Source of the DNA: Felis catus
Lineage: Eukaryota
Assembly: GCF_018350175.1 (NCBI RefSeq)
Contig: NC_058382.1
Location: 57,414,001-57,478,000 of the forward strand
Direction of reading: 5' to 3'
DNA length: 64,000 nt
Of this stretch, positions 49,816 through 62,819 are shown in pieces (position 1 is the stretch's first letter; each line of letters begins with the position of its first letter). The translations under genes were made by a program, and so were the position numbers. A model generated the notes under the pieces. That model did not search any database. It had not been told where the DNA came from and saw nothing but the letters and a program-made list of their open reading frames with translations.

Positions 49816-49971
49816 GGGGCGCCTGGGTGGCTCAGCTGGGTAAGTGTCCAACTCCGGCTCAGGTCGTGATCTCGCAGTTCGTGGGTTCGAGCCCCGCATC
49901 AGGCTCCACGCTGACAGTTCACAGTCTGCTTGGGATTCTCCTCCCCTTTCTCTGCCTCTCCCCTGCTTGTG

Positions 49972-50018
<47 letters not shown>

Positions 50019-50220
50019 AAAAATGGATACATGGGGGCATCTGGGTGGCTCAGTCGGTTAAGCACCCAACTTCAGCTCAGGTCACGATCGCACAGTTTGT
50101 GGGTTCGAGCCCCACGTCGGGCTCTGTGCTGACCGCTCGGAGCCTGGAGCCTGCTTCGGATCCTGTGTCTCCCTCTCTCTCGGCCCCTCCCCCCGCCAAA
50201 AATAAACCTTAACAAATGTT
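49816..50220 (+). mobile_element. Two tandem CanSINEs
   Basis: Heads at 49816 and ~50033. Confidence 0.9.
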
Positions 50221-50776
50221 TTTAATGGACAAACGAACTTTAAAAAAAGCAGATTAAAACAACGCAAATGCAAAGATAAAATTATTAAGAATTTCAAACC
50301 AGCTACCACGGAGAATTAAATCCCAAGCGTGGCCCACCCAATCAGGGGGCCCTGTGTGACTTCACGGCCCCAAAGCCCCGGAGACCAGCCCTGACCGTAG
50401 TTACTCTTTCGATGTATCCATCACCCTGATTCTTAGATTCGAGAACGTCATTCATCGGATAAACGGTTTCTAACCACTTGAGAGTATCTACGAATGCCTA
50501 ACTTAGACACACGCAGCCACTCTACTCCTCAGAACACGCCCACAGGACCAGGGCACGTTTAAGACCTTGTGCTAGAATGTTCTTAGCAGCACTACTCACG
50601 CTGGCAATGACGCGAATGCCCCATCGACGGTAGAAGGGTGGGGGGGAAGGGTGGTCTATCCACAGGACAGAGACCCCCGCAGAACAAAGAATGAGTTACG
50701 ACTGCCCGTGGCGGCGGGGCCGGGTCTCACGAATGTGACGCCAAGTCAGAGGAACCAGACGTGAAAAGAGCACGCG

Positions 50777-50778
<2 letters not shown>

Positions 50779-50819
<41 letters not shown>
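50779..50819. repeat. (GT)n microsatellite
   Basis: Read directly from the sequence. Confidence 0.95.
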
Positions 50820-50820
<1 letters not shown>

Positions 50821-51102
50821 TTCGCGCACAAAAGCCGGACAACAAATCCATGCTGTTAGAAGTTAGGATGATGTTTACCATGCGGGGGACTCAGTGAGAG
50901 AGAGCCAGTGGGTTAAATACGGTGAAGTACGATGTCTTGATATCCTTCTGGTTTGATTTATGGCTCCTGACTGGAGGGGTTCAGCCAGCATTGGATGAGC
51001 ACCTACTATGTGCCAGGTAACTGGGGACACAAGGTTAAGGATATCTCTCTCTTGAAGAGCTCGGGGTCTGGTGCCAAAGTCAGAGGGATGGCCCTTCCTT
51101 TA

Positions 51103-51319
51103 AAAAAAAAAATTTTTTTTTACGTTTATTTATTTCGGAGACAGAGACAGAGCATGAGTGGGGGAGGGGCAGAGAGAGAGGGAGACACAGAATCCGAAGC
51201 AGTTTCCAGGCTCCGAGCGGTCGGCACAGAGCCCGACGTGGGGCTCGAACTCACAGACCGAGAGATCATGACCTGAGCCGAAGTCGGTCGCTCAACCGAC
51301 TGAGCCACCCAGGCACCCC
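51103..51319 (-). mobile_element. CanSINE with 16-bp TSD
   Basis: gatggcccttccttta at 51087-51102 and 51320-51335. Confidence 0.95.
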
Positions 51320-51715
51320 GATGGCCCTTCCTTTAGAGTTCAGCGTGTGAAGTGCTCCCCAGGGGGATTCCGGAGGACGGGAAGGCTGGAATGGTTGTAC
51401 AGGCCCAAGGAGATGGGCCAGCGGGGAACGGGGCGAGCAACACCCCAGCAGCTCAGATCATTTAGGCCTCAATCTACGAGGGGCTCAAGAGCCATAATAA
51501 GCCAATGGCAGGGGCCCGTCACTCAGCTTCCTTCTGACTCATGGTTTGGAAAGAGTCACACGAGAGCCAAGCGTAGCTACAAGACTGCTCACTGCAGCGT
51601 TGCATAAATAGTGAAAACGTTGGAAATAACCTATGTTTCCGACAGCGGGAGATTGGTCCAAAGGGTGACAGGAAAGAGAAGTGAGGGAAAGCTGGGCACC
51701 CGCTGGAGTGGTGCT

Positions 51716-52950
51716 GGGGAGGATCACCGAGTGGCCCGGGACCGTGGACGAGCAGTACATACGCCGGGAGGATCACCGAGTGGCCCAGGACCGTGGACGA
51801 ACAGGACGCATGCCAGGGCGGACCACCGAGTGGCCCGGGACCGTGAATGAGCAAGATGTATGTTGGGGAGGACCCCCAAGTGGCCTGGGACCATGGACGA
51901 ACAGTACATACACCAGGAGGACCACTGAGTGGCCCGGGACCGTGGACGAACAGGACGCATGCCAGGGCGGACCACCGAGTGGCCCGGGACCGTGAATGAG
52001 CAAGATGTATGTTGGGGAGGACCCCCAAGTGGCCTGGGACCATGGACGAACAGTACATACACCAGGAGGACCACTGAGTGGCCCGGGACCGTGGACGAGC
52101 AGGATGCATGCCGGGGAGGACAGCCAAGTGGCCCGGGAACGTGGACGAGAAGGACACATGCTGGGGAGGATCACTGAGTGGTTAAGGACCATAGACAAGA
52201 AGGACACAGGCTGGGGAGGACCACCGGGCGGTTCAGGACTGTGGATGAGCAGTACATACACCGGGAGGACCACCGAGTGGCCCGGGACCGTGGATGAGCA
52301 GGACGCATGCTGGGGAGGACCACTGAGTGGCTCAGGACCGTGGATGAGCAGGATGCATGCCGGGGAGGACCACTGAGTGGCTCAGGACCGTGGACGAGCA
52401 GGACACAGGCTGGGGAGGACCACCGGGCGGTTTAGAACTGTGGACGAGCAGTATATACACCGGGAGGACCACCGAGTGCTCAGGACCGTGGACGAGCAGG
52501 ATGCATGCCGGGGAGGACAGCCAAGTGGCCCGGGAACTTGGACAAGCAGGACACATGCTGGGGAGGATCACTGAGTGGTTAAGGACCATAGACAAGAAGG
52601 ACACAGGCTGGGGATGATCACCGGGTGGTTCAGGACTGTGGATGAGTAGTACATACACCAGGAGGACCACCAAGTGGCTCAGGACCGTGGATGAGCAGGA
52701 CACATGCCGGGGGGGGGGGGGGGGTGGACCACTGAGTGGCTCAGGACCGTGGACGAGCAGGACACAGGCTGGGGAGGACCACCGGGCAGTTTAGGACTAT
52801 GGACGAGCAGTATATACACCGGGAGGACCACCGAGTGCTCAGGACTGTGGATGAGCAGAACGCATGCTGGGGAGGACCACGGAGTGGCCCGGGACCGTGG
52901 ATGAGCAGTACATACGCCGAGAGGACCGCCGAGCGACCCGGGGACTGCGG
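51716..52950. repeat. GC-rich minisatellite, ~25 units of 49-50 bp (approx. GGACCACCGAGTGGCCCGGGACCGTGGACGAGCAGGACGCATGCCGGGGA)
   Basis: Head-to-tail tandem units are directly visible, and the overlapping ORF translations are repetitive. Confidence 0.95.
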
Positions 52951-54083
52951 TGAGCAGACATCGTTCCCTGCACACAGCCCACGAGTGGCCTACCAGCTCC
53001 AAGGCTGAAGGAAGACACGAGCTCCCTGGGTCAGAGAAGGGCTTCACTACCCACAGCACAGCAGCAACGTGAGCTTAGGTCTGCCTCTGCTCCCTGTGTC
53101 CCAGGTCCCTCGGGGGCGATGAGCCGTGGCCCAGCATGTTCCTCCCCACGGAGGAACCCTGAGCTCAGGAAATCCAAACCTCTTCTGCTGGGCTGGAAGC
53201 CCGCCTGGCCATTGTCCTGAGGCAAGACTCCGTGTCTTAGCGGGCAGAGAACCAAAGCTGCCTTCGGCTCGGGGGAACACGTCCAACCAACAAGGCCTTC
53301 TGCTACTTAAACAGCCTTACAGACAGTCAATGGTTCTGCTTACAAGACAGGCAGAAACCTGAGACGGCCACGGAGAAGGGTCCCCCCCCAAAATGACGCC
53401 GAGAAATCGCGGCATCGCAGGGAAACGGTTTACGAAACAGCCCATATGTTGTGCGAGATCTCGAGTCCCGGGGATACACACACGCATATTACAGAAGCGC
53501 TCATCCTCTCAGCAACCTCGGAGGCGGTGCTATTCATTATCCCCATTTTCCAGGCGAGGCAAACTGAGGCCTGGAGAGGTCACGCCGTGGGGAATCCGCA
53601 CAGCTGGATTCTGAACCCAAGGTGTCGCGGCCGCTTAAAACCACTTTCCTCTGGGCCTTATTACTACAGGACAGAAAGCCCCTCCACCAGAAAAATCAAA
53701 TGAAGCTAAAACCAGCCATAGCTGGTGATCAACACCGTGTAGTAACGCGCAAATGCTCAGGCTTAAGTCAAAAGGCAGGGTAAGTAATTTACGTGATCAG
53801 CAGCGTCACAGATACGTGCGAAGAAACAGGTACAAATACATGTACCTGTGTACCAAATGGTGGGGGAGCATGAGACGCAATAAACGAAGATCCCACTGGC
53901 CTCGCTCTGGGGGGCTGATCTCTTCGGGCTGCTTTTTTTCTTTCCTCCATTTTCTAAATTTTCTATAATACAGTTATAATTCTCTCATAATGAGAAGAGG
54001 TAGAAACATTCAAGAAGATAAAGCACCAACGAGGCTACTCAGAAGCTTTTCGGGATAACAGAGGTCAAGACCTACCCAGCCGA

Positions 54084-54291
54084 GGGGCGCCTGGGTGGCT
54101 CAGTCGGTTCAGCGTCCGACTTCGGCTCAGGTCACGATCTCGCGGTCCGTGAGTTCGAGCCCCGCGTCGGGCTCTGGGCTGACGGCTCGGAGCCTGGAGC
54201 CTGCCTTGGGTTCTGTGTCTCCCTGTCTCTCGGCCCCTCCCATGCTCATGCTCTGTCTCTGTCTCTCAATAATAAATAAATGTTTAAAAAA

Positions 54292-54326
<35 letters not shown>

Positions 54327-54328
54327 AT
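54084..54328 (+). mobile_element. CanSINE with (TAAA)n tail
   Basis: Full length. Confidence 0.9.
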
Positions 54329-54700
54329 GTGGATTCATTCCAATGAGAATTGGTAAATTTCACATAGAATCCAGGTTTCTGACGCTTCTTGAACTGTTAG
54401 CTGATGACACCCCTGACCGGTGAAGTTCACTGAGTTAGGAGGCCACTGCTGCTTTCGGGGGGGGAAGGGGGACACCTGCTCTGCACGGCTCTACGGTCTA
54501 CACGGGGACCACCAACCATTCTGAGTTGCCTGGGACGTGGGTCTTTCGGGTTTAAAACCAGACAGTTCTGAGGCCAGACCTGGGCGGTCGGCCACCCTTG
54601 TCCCCACCCAGACCATGTGCTCGCTCGTGGTCCCTGTCTGGCCCTGGAATTGGAGTCTGAGACCCCTTGTGAATTATATGTTAATAATATGCTGACCACG

Positions 54701-54852
54701 CATGATCTCAGGGTAGGTGGGGTCGAGCCCCGAGTCAGGCTCTGTGCTGACGGTATGGAACCGGCTTCGGATTCTCTCTCCCTCTCTCTGTCTCTGTCCC
54801 TCCCCTGCTCGCTCTCTCTGTCGCTCTCAAAAAAAAAAAAAAAAAAAAAAAA
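54701..54852 (+). mobile_element. 5'-truncated CanSINE
   Basis: Starts at catgatctc; long A tail. Confidence 0.85.
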
Positions 54853-55739
54853 GTCGAAGTCGCTGGCCCCTGACCCCTTTGCCCTTATGTGATGCGCCCA
54901 CCTGCCCTCCACCACCCACACCTGCATTTCTCTGCCCAGTGGCTGCTGTCTTTGGCCAAGACCACTCTGCTCACCTGTAAGGGAAGGAAATGCAGAGGCC
55001 TGATGTCCTGGGCCAGTGTGAGGGAGGGGAGGGCAAGTATCAGCTGCCTTGACCTTAGAGGGAACACGACAGCCTCCAGGGTGCCCCGGGGAGACCGAGT
55101 CCCTGCTGCCTCGTATGGTCACAACCCTCCCATTATTTCTTCCCTCCTGTCTCACCTCGACCCTCCTGCTCCCGTATCTTAGACCACTTCCCAAATGACC
55201 TTGCCTTGGGTTCTGTTGGTTTGGGACCCGAATTAAGTCAGCCACGAAATCCCCAGCACAGGCTGGCCTGGGGAGCACTCAAGAAAGCATCTTTGAGCAA
55301 ATCAGCCAAAGGGGTATGTTAGGTAAGCCCTCCTGCTGGCTGAAGTGGGGCCCAGGGCCCGGCTCTGGAGTCAGACCCGATTCCAGCACATCTGTGTCAC
55401 TTACGGGGGTCACTTACCGCCCCTCTGGGCCGCAGGCCCCTCATCTGTGAAATGGGCATAATCACCACTTGCCCCGAAACGTGGTTGGGAGGACGAGGGT
55501 GCAGGAACACTCGGGTCCTGGAGGCCCGAGCTGTCTATCTCCAGCAGCTGGGAGACCGCACACCAGTGTGGGGTGACAAGCAAGCCCAGGCACTGTGCCT
55601 ATGTCTCCATGGCTGACACCCCAACCCCCTCACCATCTATCCTAGCTACACCGGCCTGGCGAAAGTCCCAGTGCATAGCATGCCTTCGTACCACAGGGCC
55701 TTTGCACGGCATCGTGGTTTCCAATGGCTGCTCGCCAAG

Positions 55740-56110
55740 TTTGGGAGTCCCAAGACCGCCTCACTTCTGACACCGACGGCAAGTTTGGGGGCACCCGAGA
55801 TCACACTCAGATTTGACGACTTACCAGGAGGACTCAGAAAAGCCATTGGACCCATGCCATTACAGTTGACAGACTGATTCAGCAAAGGGAAGAGGTGCAT
55901 AGGGCAGAGTTCCGGAAACACGGAGCACAAGCTTCCAGGGGTCCCAAAGGGGTGCTTATTCCCGCAGCACTGATGTGCTCGGAGTATCACCAAAACGAGT
56001 GGCTCACCGGAGCCCTGATGTCTAGTTTTCCCGGGGCTCGCTCACTGAGGACGTGGCGGACCACCTGCGTGGCCGACCTCAGCCTCCAGCCCCTCCAGAG
56101 GTCAAGTTGA
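55740..56110 (+). mobile_element. MER21-like LTR remnant
   Basis: Motifs cccaagaccgcctcacttctgacacc...cagcaaagggaagaggtgcatagggcagag. Confidence 0.65.
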
Positions 56111-56210
56111 GACTGTGCGTCCACCCTCATCAAAAAAAAAAAAAAAAAAAACCCCACATTTTTAGCCCAAGGTTAAAATCCCCTCCTGGCCCTTCTGACC
56201 CCTAAGAGGC

Positions 56211-56250
<40 letters not shown>

Positions 56251-56344
56251 ACGGGAGCAGGGGAGGGGCAGAGAGAGAATCCCAAGCAGCCTCTGCCTGG
56301 TCAGCGCAGCGCCAACGGCATCCTTGCTCCAAAGTCAAAGCCAC

Positions 56345-56541
56345 GGGGCACCTGGGGGGCTCAGTCAGTTAAGCGTCTGACTCTCGGTTTCGGCTCGGGT
56401 CCTGATGTCCCAGTTTCCTGGGTTCGAACCCTATGTCGGGGTCTGCGCTGACAGTGTGGAGGCCGCTTGGGATTCTCTCTCTCTCTCTCTCTCTCTGCCC
56501 CTCCCCTGCTCGCTCTCTCTGTCGCTCTCAAAAAAAAAAAA
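56345..56541 (+). mobile_element. CanSINE, preceded by an inverted SINE fragment at ~56213-56310
   Basis: Head, (CT)n stretch and A tail. Confidence 0.85.
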
Positions 56542-57234
56542 GTCGAAGTCGCTGAATCAGAAATGCTAGGGGTGGGCCCAGCCATCTGCATTGTAACGTG
56601 CCCTGCGGGTGGTTCTGCGCCTGCTCAAGCGTCAGGACCCCCGATGGAAGAGTGAGCTTCCCCCGTGGATGTTTTAACATTCCAGTGATTACACAGCAAT
56701 TAACACGAGCCCTAACGTCACCCCCCACAAAATCTCCAGTCTCTTAGCCATCGCGTTACGGAAGACTGACCAGGGGACACCGAGAGCCAGGGAAGCAGAG
56801 GGACTTTCAGCCCAGGGGGCCACACAGCTTGCCCGGGGGGAAAACCAGAATCAGAGCGAGGGCCCCCACTCCCCCGCCTGCTGTCTCTGCCCCAGGACCT
56901 CCCGTCCAGTGATCCTACCCTGAGTTTTCTTGGTTTCAAAGCCCCCCTGGGTCAAGGGCACACGATTTTGCATGAGAAAGCCTACATCTGGGGGTCGGAT
57001 TGCTCTTCAGATGTGGCTTCTACTCTTCTAGCTGTGTAGCTTCTGCAGGGAGGCTGGCGGTCCCCGCGTGCGTGCGGGGCAGATGGAGACAGGAGGGCCC
57101 TTCTGACTCAGCCAGCCCGGGCCCTGAGGGAAAGGGCCCCGGGGTCAGCCCAGGGTGGACATCAGAATCTCGGAAACCAGAGCCCAGAGCAGCCTTTCAG
57201 AGTGGAACCCCAGGGTGCCGTGAAAATGGCCTCC

Positions 57235-57435
57235 GGGGGCGCCTGGGTGGCTCAGTCGGTTAAGCACGGGTTCGTGAGTTCGAGCCCCGCCATGGGCTCT
57301 GTGCTGACAGCTGGGAGCCTGGAGCTCGGGTTGGATTTTGTGCCTCCCGCTCTCTGCCCCTCCCCCACTCACTCTCTGTCTCTCTCAAACGTAAGCCTTT
57401 AAAAAAATATTAAAAGAAAAAGAAAAGAAAAGAAA
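57235..57435 (+). mobile_element. CanSINE with internal deletion
   Basis: Head, B-box and tail. Confidence 0.85.
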
Positions 57436-57569
57436 ATGGCCTCTGGAGCTTTTTTTTTTTTTTTAACTGAAAGTGTGCATCATGAATAATTAAATAGCTA
57501 TCTCGTCCTGTCTTTATGATGGGTTCCTGGGGGGGGGGGAGAGAAAGAAAGACGTGAGCGCAACCTTTT

Positions 57570-57690
57570 GAGCCGACAGACTTGGGTTCAAGTCCCAGCT
57601 TCACCGCTTAGCTTTGCCATCTCAGGCAAACAGCTTCGGCTCTCTGAGCCTCAGTTTCCTCGCCTGTAAAATGGTTTAACCATACCGCAT
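57570..57690 (+). mobile_element. MIR fragment
   Basis: MIR core gggttcaagtcccagc...ctctgagcctcagtttcctc...tgtaaaatgg. Confidence 0.75.
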
Positions 57691-59158
57691 CCCTCAGAGA
57701 CGAGCGCGGGGTGTGCCCTCAGTGACAACGGCGGCCCCTCCTGCGCGGGGAGGGCCCCCACCCCCCTTCCCCAAAACACCCCTCACTCTCTCATGTCGCC
57801 ACCGGGGGGCGCTGGCGGGGGGCTGCATGGGAGGCCCAGGGCCACGGCTTTCCCACACATAAATGAAACCTGAGATCCTAAGTTAATGTGACTGCAGACC
57901 TTCGGGTGTAACGGCCTTTGTCTAGAAGAGCCTTTTAGGAAAACTTCCAAGTGGGAGCCAGGTTTTCAGGCCCCTGTGGGCTTGTTAAAACCAGCACGTC
58001 CCCCCTCAGCCAGGCAGCCCTAGGGAGGCCTGCTTGCACCCCCAGAGCTCTCCAGCCCCCCCCCAACAGCTGGTGTGCCCCCAGCCTCCTCCCAGAGGCC
58101 CGCGCGGGCTGCAGGCTGCAGGGGTGGGGTTTCCTCTCTCTCTCTTTCAGCCCAGGAACAGCCCCAGCCCCCAAGGCCAACTCAGCACAATGCACCCGGC
58201 TGGGGAGGTCAGAGCCCTCCCACAGCATCTGCTGAGGGCGAGCATAAATCCAGCCAACAACCCCCTCCGGGGGACATCTCCAGGTCACATGGGGAGGGGG
58301 TGCTCGGCCCAAAGGGGGCCTTAAGATACTCCAGGAAAGCAACACACCCAGGCTTGCTTTTCCTCAGATGCTATGGAAACAGCCAGGCACACAGGCAGCT
58401 GAAGAGAATGTTCTAGAATCTTTAAAGAGCCTGGCAGGAACGAGCTGGGCCTGGAGACCGAGCCGGGGGTGTCTGTCTGGGGCTTTCCAGCCTCCAGCAA
58501 CCTGGGACCCGCTGTTCCTGCACCTCTCATTCATTCCCTTGGCAAGGGAGCCAGCCCGCGGGGCAGAATGGCTCCCAGCTCCCGACCACCCCCGCATCTC
58601 CACGTCGTCCGGAACAACTAGAACGTGCTTTCTGCATGAGATGCCAGCCCCTGTTCCATAAATATCCCGATCCAGGCCCTCTTGAACATCATGAGATCTG
58701 AGAACACAGCGGCCACTGTGATGTGGGGTGAGAGCCGCCCTCTGAAACAGGGCAGGACCTCTTCCCTGGCCGCAGTCCCCACCCCTCCATGCTGTCCCCT
58801 CGCCACTCTGCCCCCTGCCCAGAGAGGGGAGGGCCTGAGGAGGCCCCGGGCCAGACAAGATACAGGCGGCTCTCCCACTTGGGATCAGCAGGCTGCAGAA
58901 CAAGGAAGGTGGGGGTGGGGGGTGGGGGGGTGGGGGGGACTGGACTGTGTTCATCCCTGTTTGTTTTTTGAGACAGAAAGCACAGTTGGCTGGTCTGGGC
59001 TGGGGCGGTGGGGGTAGAGGTAGAGAGGGGCTGCTTAATGGGTAGCAGGTGTTCTTTGGGGGTGATGGAAAGTTCCGGAACCAGACAGCAGTGATGGCTG
59101 AGCCACACGATGAATGTGTGTGATGCCGCCGAATAATTCACTTTAAAATGGTTAAAAT

Positions 59159-59341
59159 GGGGGCACCTGGGTGGCTCAGTCGATCAAGCGTCTGACCCTT
59201 GATCTCGGCTCAGGTCCTCGGTTCGAGCCCCGTGGCGGGCTCTGGGCTGACGGTGCGGAGCCTGCTTGGGATCCTCTCTCTCTCTGCCTCTCTCTCTCTC
59301 TCCCCAAATAAATAAACTTAAACAAAAATTTTTTAACTAAA
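59159..59341 (+). mobile_element. CanSINE inserted in an L1M 3' end
   Basis: taaaatggttaaa on both flanks. Confidence 0.85.
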
Positions 59342-60303
59342 TAAAATGGTTAAAGTGGTAGATGTTATGTGTATTTTACCACCAAAACAAAAAACAAAAA
59401 AAAATCATAAGACCCAGTGCAGGTGAGGGCGTGGGGTTCCTGTCATCATCTAAAGGTTCAGCTTAAAAGCCCTGCAGAAACTCTGGAGCGAGAACGTGTA
59501 GCCAAAGGAGTTCAAGACAAAGAAGCAAAAGCTGGGGACAACCTAAATGCCATCTTCCTTTTCTACGGCTGGGGAACACATTTCCGCCACCTTAAAACCA
59601 GACCCTCCCGAGCCCTTGCCACCCACGGACGCCCCCACAGCCGCGCAGGTCAGCGGCACCGAGCACCACGGCCGGGTCCTCGGGGCATCGAAACGCCAAG
59701 GCCAGCAAGGTGCCGTCGCCTGGGGCTCAGGGCCGGTTCCAAGCGCGTTCAGCTTGGTGGCGGAATGTGCTTCCTCGTGGCTTTGTACCCGAGATCCCCG
59801 TTTTCGTGCTGACCGTCGGCCAGGAGTCTCTCTCAGCCACCCGCCCCCAGCAATGTAGTACCCCCATCGCACCAAACCCTCGGACACTTTGGACTTCCCC
59901 GCCAGAGAGGACTCACCCTTTTAGGTCAGGCCCACCGGGGAGCATCACCCTTTCTTAAAATCAGCGGTGCCGTGGAACACGCCCCAGCCACAGGAGCGAC
60001 GCCCCTTCCTCTTTATCGGTCCTCTGCACCCAAGCCCGGGGGATACGCATGGTGTGGGTCACTGGGGGGCGTCACAGAATTCTGCCTGCCACAGTGTCCA
60101 TCGCGGGGGACCAGTCAAGTAGGGATACCTCCATGATCTTGAAAGGGAAGGAGAATTTAAGTAAAAGGAGATCCGTCTATGCGAACTGACGACGAACATT
60201 TTCTTTGATGCATTAACTGAAAATAGCACACTGCAAAACTATACACATGCACACGTAAAAATAAGGCTTCACGTATGTGTACAACGTCACTTAACGTAAT
60301 TTC

Positions 60304-60500
60304 TTTTATTTTTGTAAGTTTTTTTATTTTAAGGGGGGGGCAGGGGAGGGACAGAGAGAGAGGGACAGAGAATCCCCAAGCAGCCTCTGTGCTGTCAGCA
60401 CGGAGCGTGACGCGGGGCTCGAACCCATCAACCGTGAGATCGTGACCTGAGCCGAGGTCAAGAGTCAGATGCTTAACCGACGGAGCCACCCAAGCGCCCC
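60304..60500 (-). mobile_element. CanSINE
   Basis: Reverse full-length copy. Confidence 0.85.
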
Positions 60501-62227
60501 ACTTACATGTAATTTCATTGTATCAAAAAAATTCTATCTATGCACGCCTGTGTCTGTGTGTGTGTGTGTCTGTGTGTGCACATCACAAAGCCACAAGAGT
60601 ACAGATGATTGAGGCGCCCACAGTTTGTACTTTGGTCTGTGTTCTTCCAGACTTTTTCTTTTATACCCTTCGAAACTACCAGAATTAGTTACATCGGAAA
60701 TCTATTACTTTTGTAGTTTAGAAAGATTGAAACACTACTAAGAAAAAGGTCACGATGTAATCACTAATTTAACCTCCACATTTTTTAAGGCACGTAAAGG
60801 AAAACCGGTCCCCCCCCCCCCAGGCCCTTTGATGTGATGACACTGGATGTCATTTGCAAGCCAGACTCGTTCTTTGTAGTTTTGAAATGTTCCTTAGTGA
60901 CTCCTGAACTTACTCATCGCTAAGTGCGAGATTCCAGAAATCAGAGTGTAGCAAGGACCTGGAACCACTCCCCTGGTACCGCGTTTTTCTTGAGGAGCAG
61001 GGACCGAATGCTTGTGGGCAGGCGGGTCACAGTCTGAAGTGGGTTGTCTACACTGGAGGTAAGCAGCAGCCTGAGATCAGAGCCAGGCTCAGAATCAAGA
61101 CCCAGCCGCTAATGGAAGGTCGGGAGGGGCACACACACCAGGGGCCAGCAGGGGTGGGGACCCAGCCAGGTGGGCTGAGTCAGGCTCTGTACAGAAAGCA
61201 GAAACGATTCAAAGTATTTCTAGCAGAAAGCAACTTAGTACAGGGTATTAGGTGCTTACAGAAGCGATGGCTGGCGGAGAAGCAGCTCCGGACCCAGCCG
61301 CCGTAATGACCCCCAGATGCCACCGAACTGACCCGCCGGGGGAACTGCCGCCCTCAGGAGGAGTAAGAATCAGAAAGCGGTTCAGGAGGCCACTGAGTCA
61401 AGAACACGCCCTCTGAGCTGCCATCCAGGCTATCAGCCCCCACGGCTGCCCTGCACCTGCCTCGACACACCCACAAAACTGGAGACCGGACGTCAGCACC
61501 CGCCATGCGCGTGAGGGGGAAACAGGCCACAGACAGCTTCTCTCTCCCCCGCCCCTGCCTTCCGAACCTCACACGAGTGCATCTAATGGACACCACCAGA
61601 TTCCCACCCAGAGAGCCCTGGCCGAGAGCTTGGGGGATTCTTTTCTCTTTTTTTTTTTTTTTTTTTAAGATTTTATTTTTAAGAAATCTCTGTGCCCAAT
61701 GTGGGGTTACAATGTACAACCCTGAGATCATGAGTTGCGTGCTGTACCCACTGAGCCCACCAGGCGCCCCGGGGAATTCATTTTTAACTTTTCAAGGAAT
61801 TTAGAACGGGTGCTGGGTCCGAGGGCGGTTGGTTACCCAGGAGGGGGCAGTACGCCCCAGGAGGTCAGGGACCCGGGACGGGGGTGGGGGGGCTGGAGAG
61901 TCAGGGCAGAATCCAGTTCGAAGGCCCAACACCACGTTCGCGGCCCCAGCGGCAAACACTTTGCCATGGCGCCCAGTTTAGGGTTCTTGGATGACTCCAG
62001 TGGTCCTTAGCTATAGTAATGGGGGCCGGGTTTCTCTGCTTTACTCTCACCGCGGCTGCGCAGATAAACTCTCGCTAAACTCACGCTCTGATTGTTCTCA
62101 GTCATCTAAGTTGTGGTGGCCACGACTGAGTGGCTGCCATTATCAGCCAAGCACTGTGTTCAGGGCTAAAGGCCTTGCCATATATCGAACAGTTTGCAGC
62201 AACCTCATAAGATGGGGACTGCGCTTG

Positions 62228-62352
62228 GGACACCTGGGTGGCTCAGTCGGTTAAGCATCTGACTCGTGGTTTCGGCTCAGGTCATGATCTCACAGTTTGT
62301 GAGATCGAGCCTCAAGTTGGGCTCTCCATGGACAGCATGGAGTCTGCTTGGG

Positions 62353-62401
<49 letters not shown>

Positions 62402-62819
62402 AGATAAACCTTCAATAACTAAATAAATAGTGACCAGAGGCCCAGAGGAGTTTTGTAACTTGCCCAAGGTCACACAGCAAGTGAATGGCAGAGCCAGGAT
62501 TAGAACCCACTTATTCAACTACATGGCATTTAATTAACGGTATGACAACCACAATTCGGCTACCACAATTCATCTTTGATTTTCTGTTTTTTTCTTTCTC
62601 TTTTTGATTTATTTTGAGAGAGAGAGAGAGAGAGAGAGGGCGTGCGCAGGCACACGTGTGTGCAGGGTAGGCACAGAGAGGAGGAGAGAGAACCCCAAGC
62701 AGGCTCCACGCTGGCCCTGCAGAGCCCGACTCTGGGTTTGATCCCACAAACCGGGAGATCACGACCTGAGCCAAAGTCACGAGGGAGAGGTTTCCCCGAC
62801 CGAGCCACCCAGGCGCCCC
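62228..62819. mobile_element. Tail-to-tail pair of CanSINEs (+ 62228-62428, - 62575-62819)
   Basis: Two SINE bodies in opposite orientation. Confidence 0.85.

Noticed and set aside
51716..52950. Minisatellite as a CRISPR-like array or as repetitive protein-coding ORFs
   Set aside because: The variable parts are diverged copies of one another rather than unique spacers, there are no cas genes, and the context is mammalian. Unit lengths of 49-50 bp do not preserve a reading frame.
58560..58745. Possible minus-strand exon with acceptor-like sites
   Set aside because: No convincing donor and no recognisable peptide in any frame.
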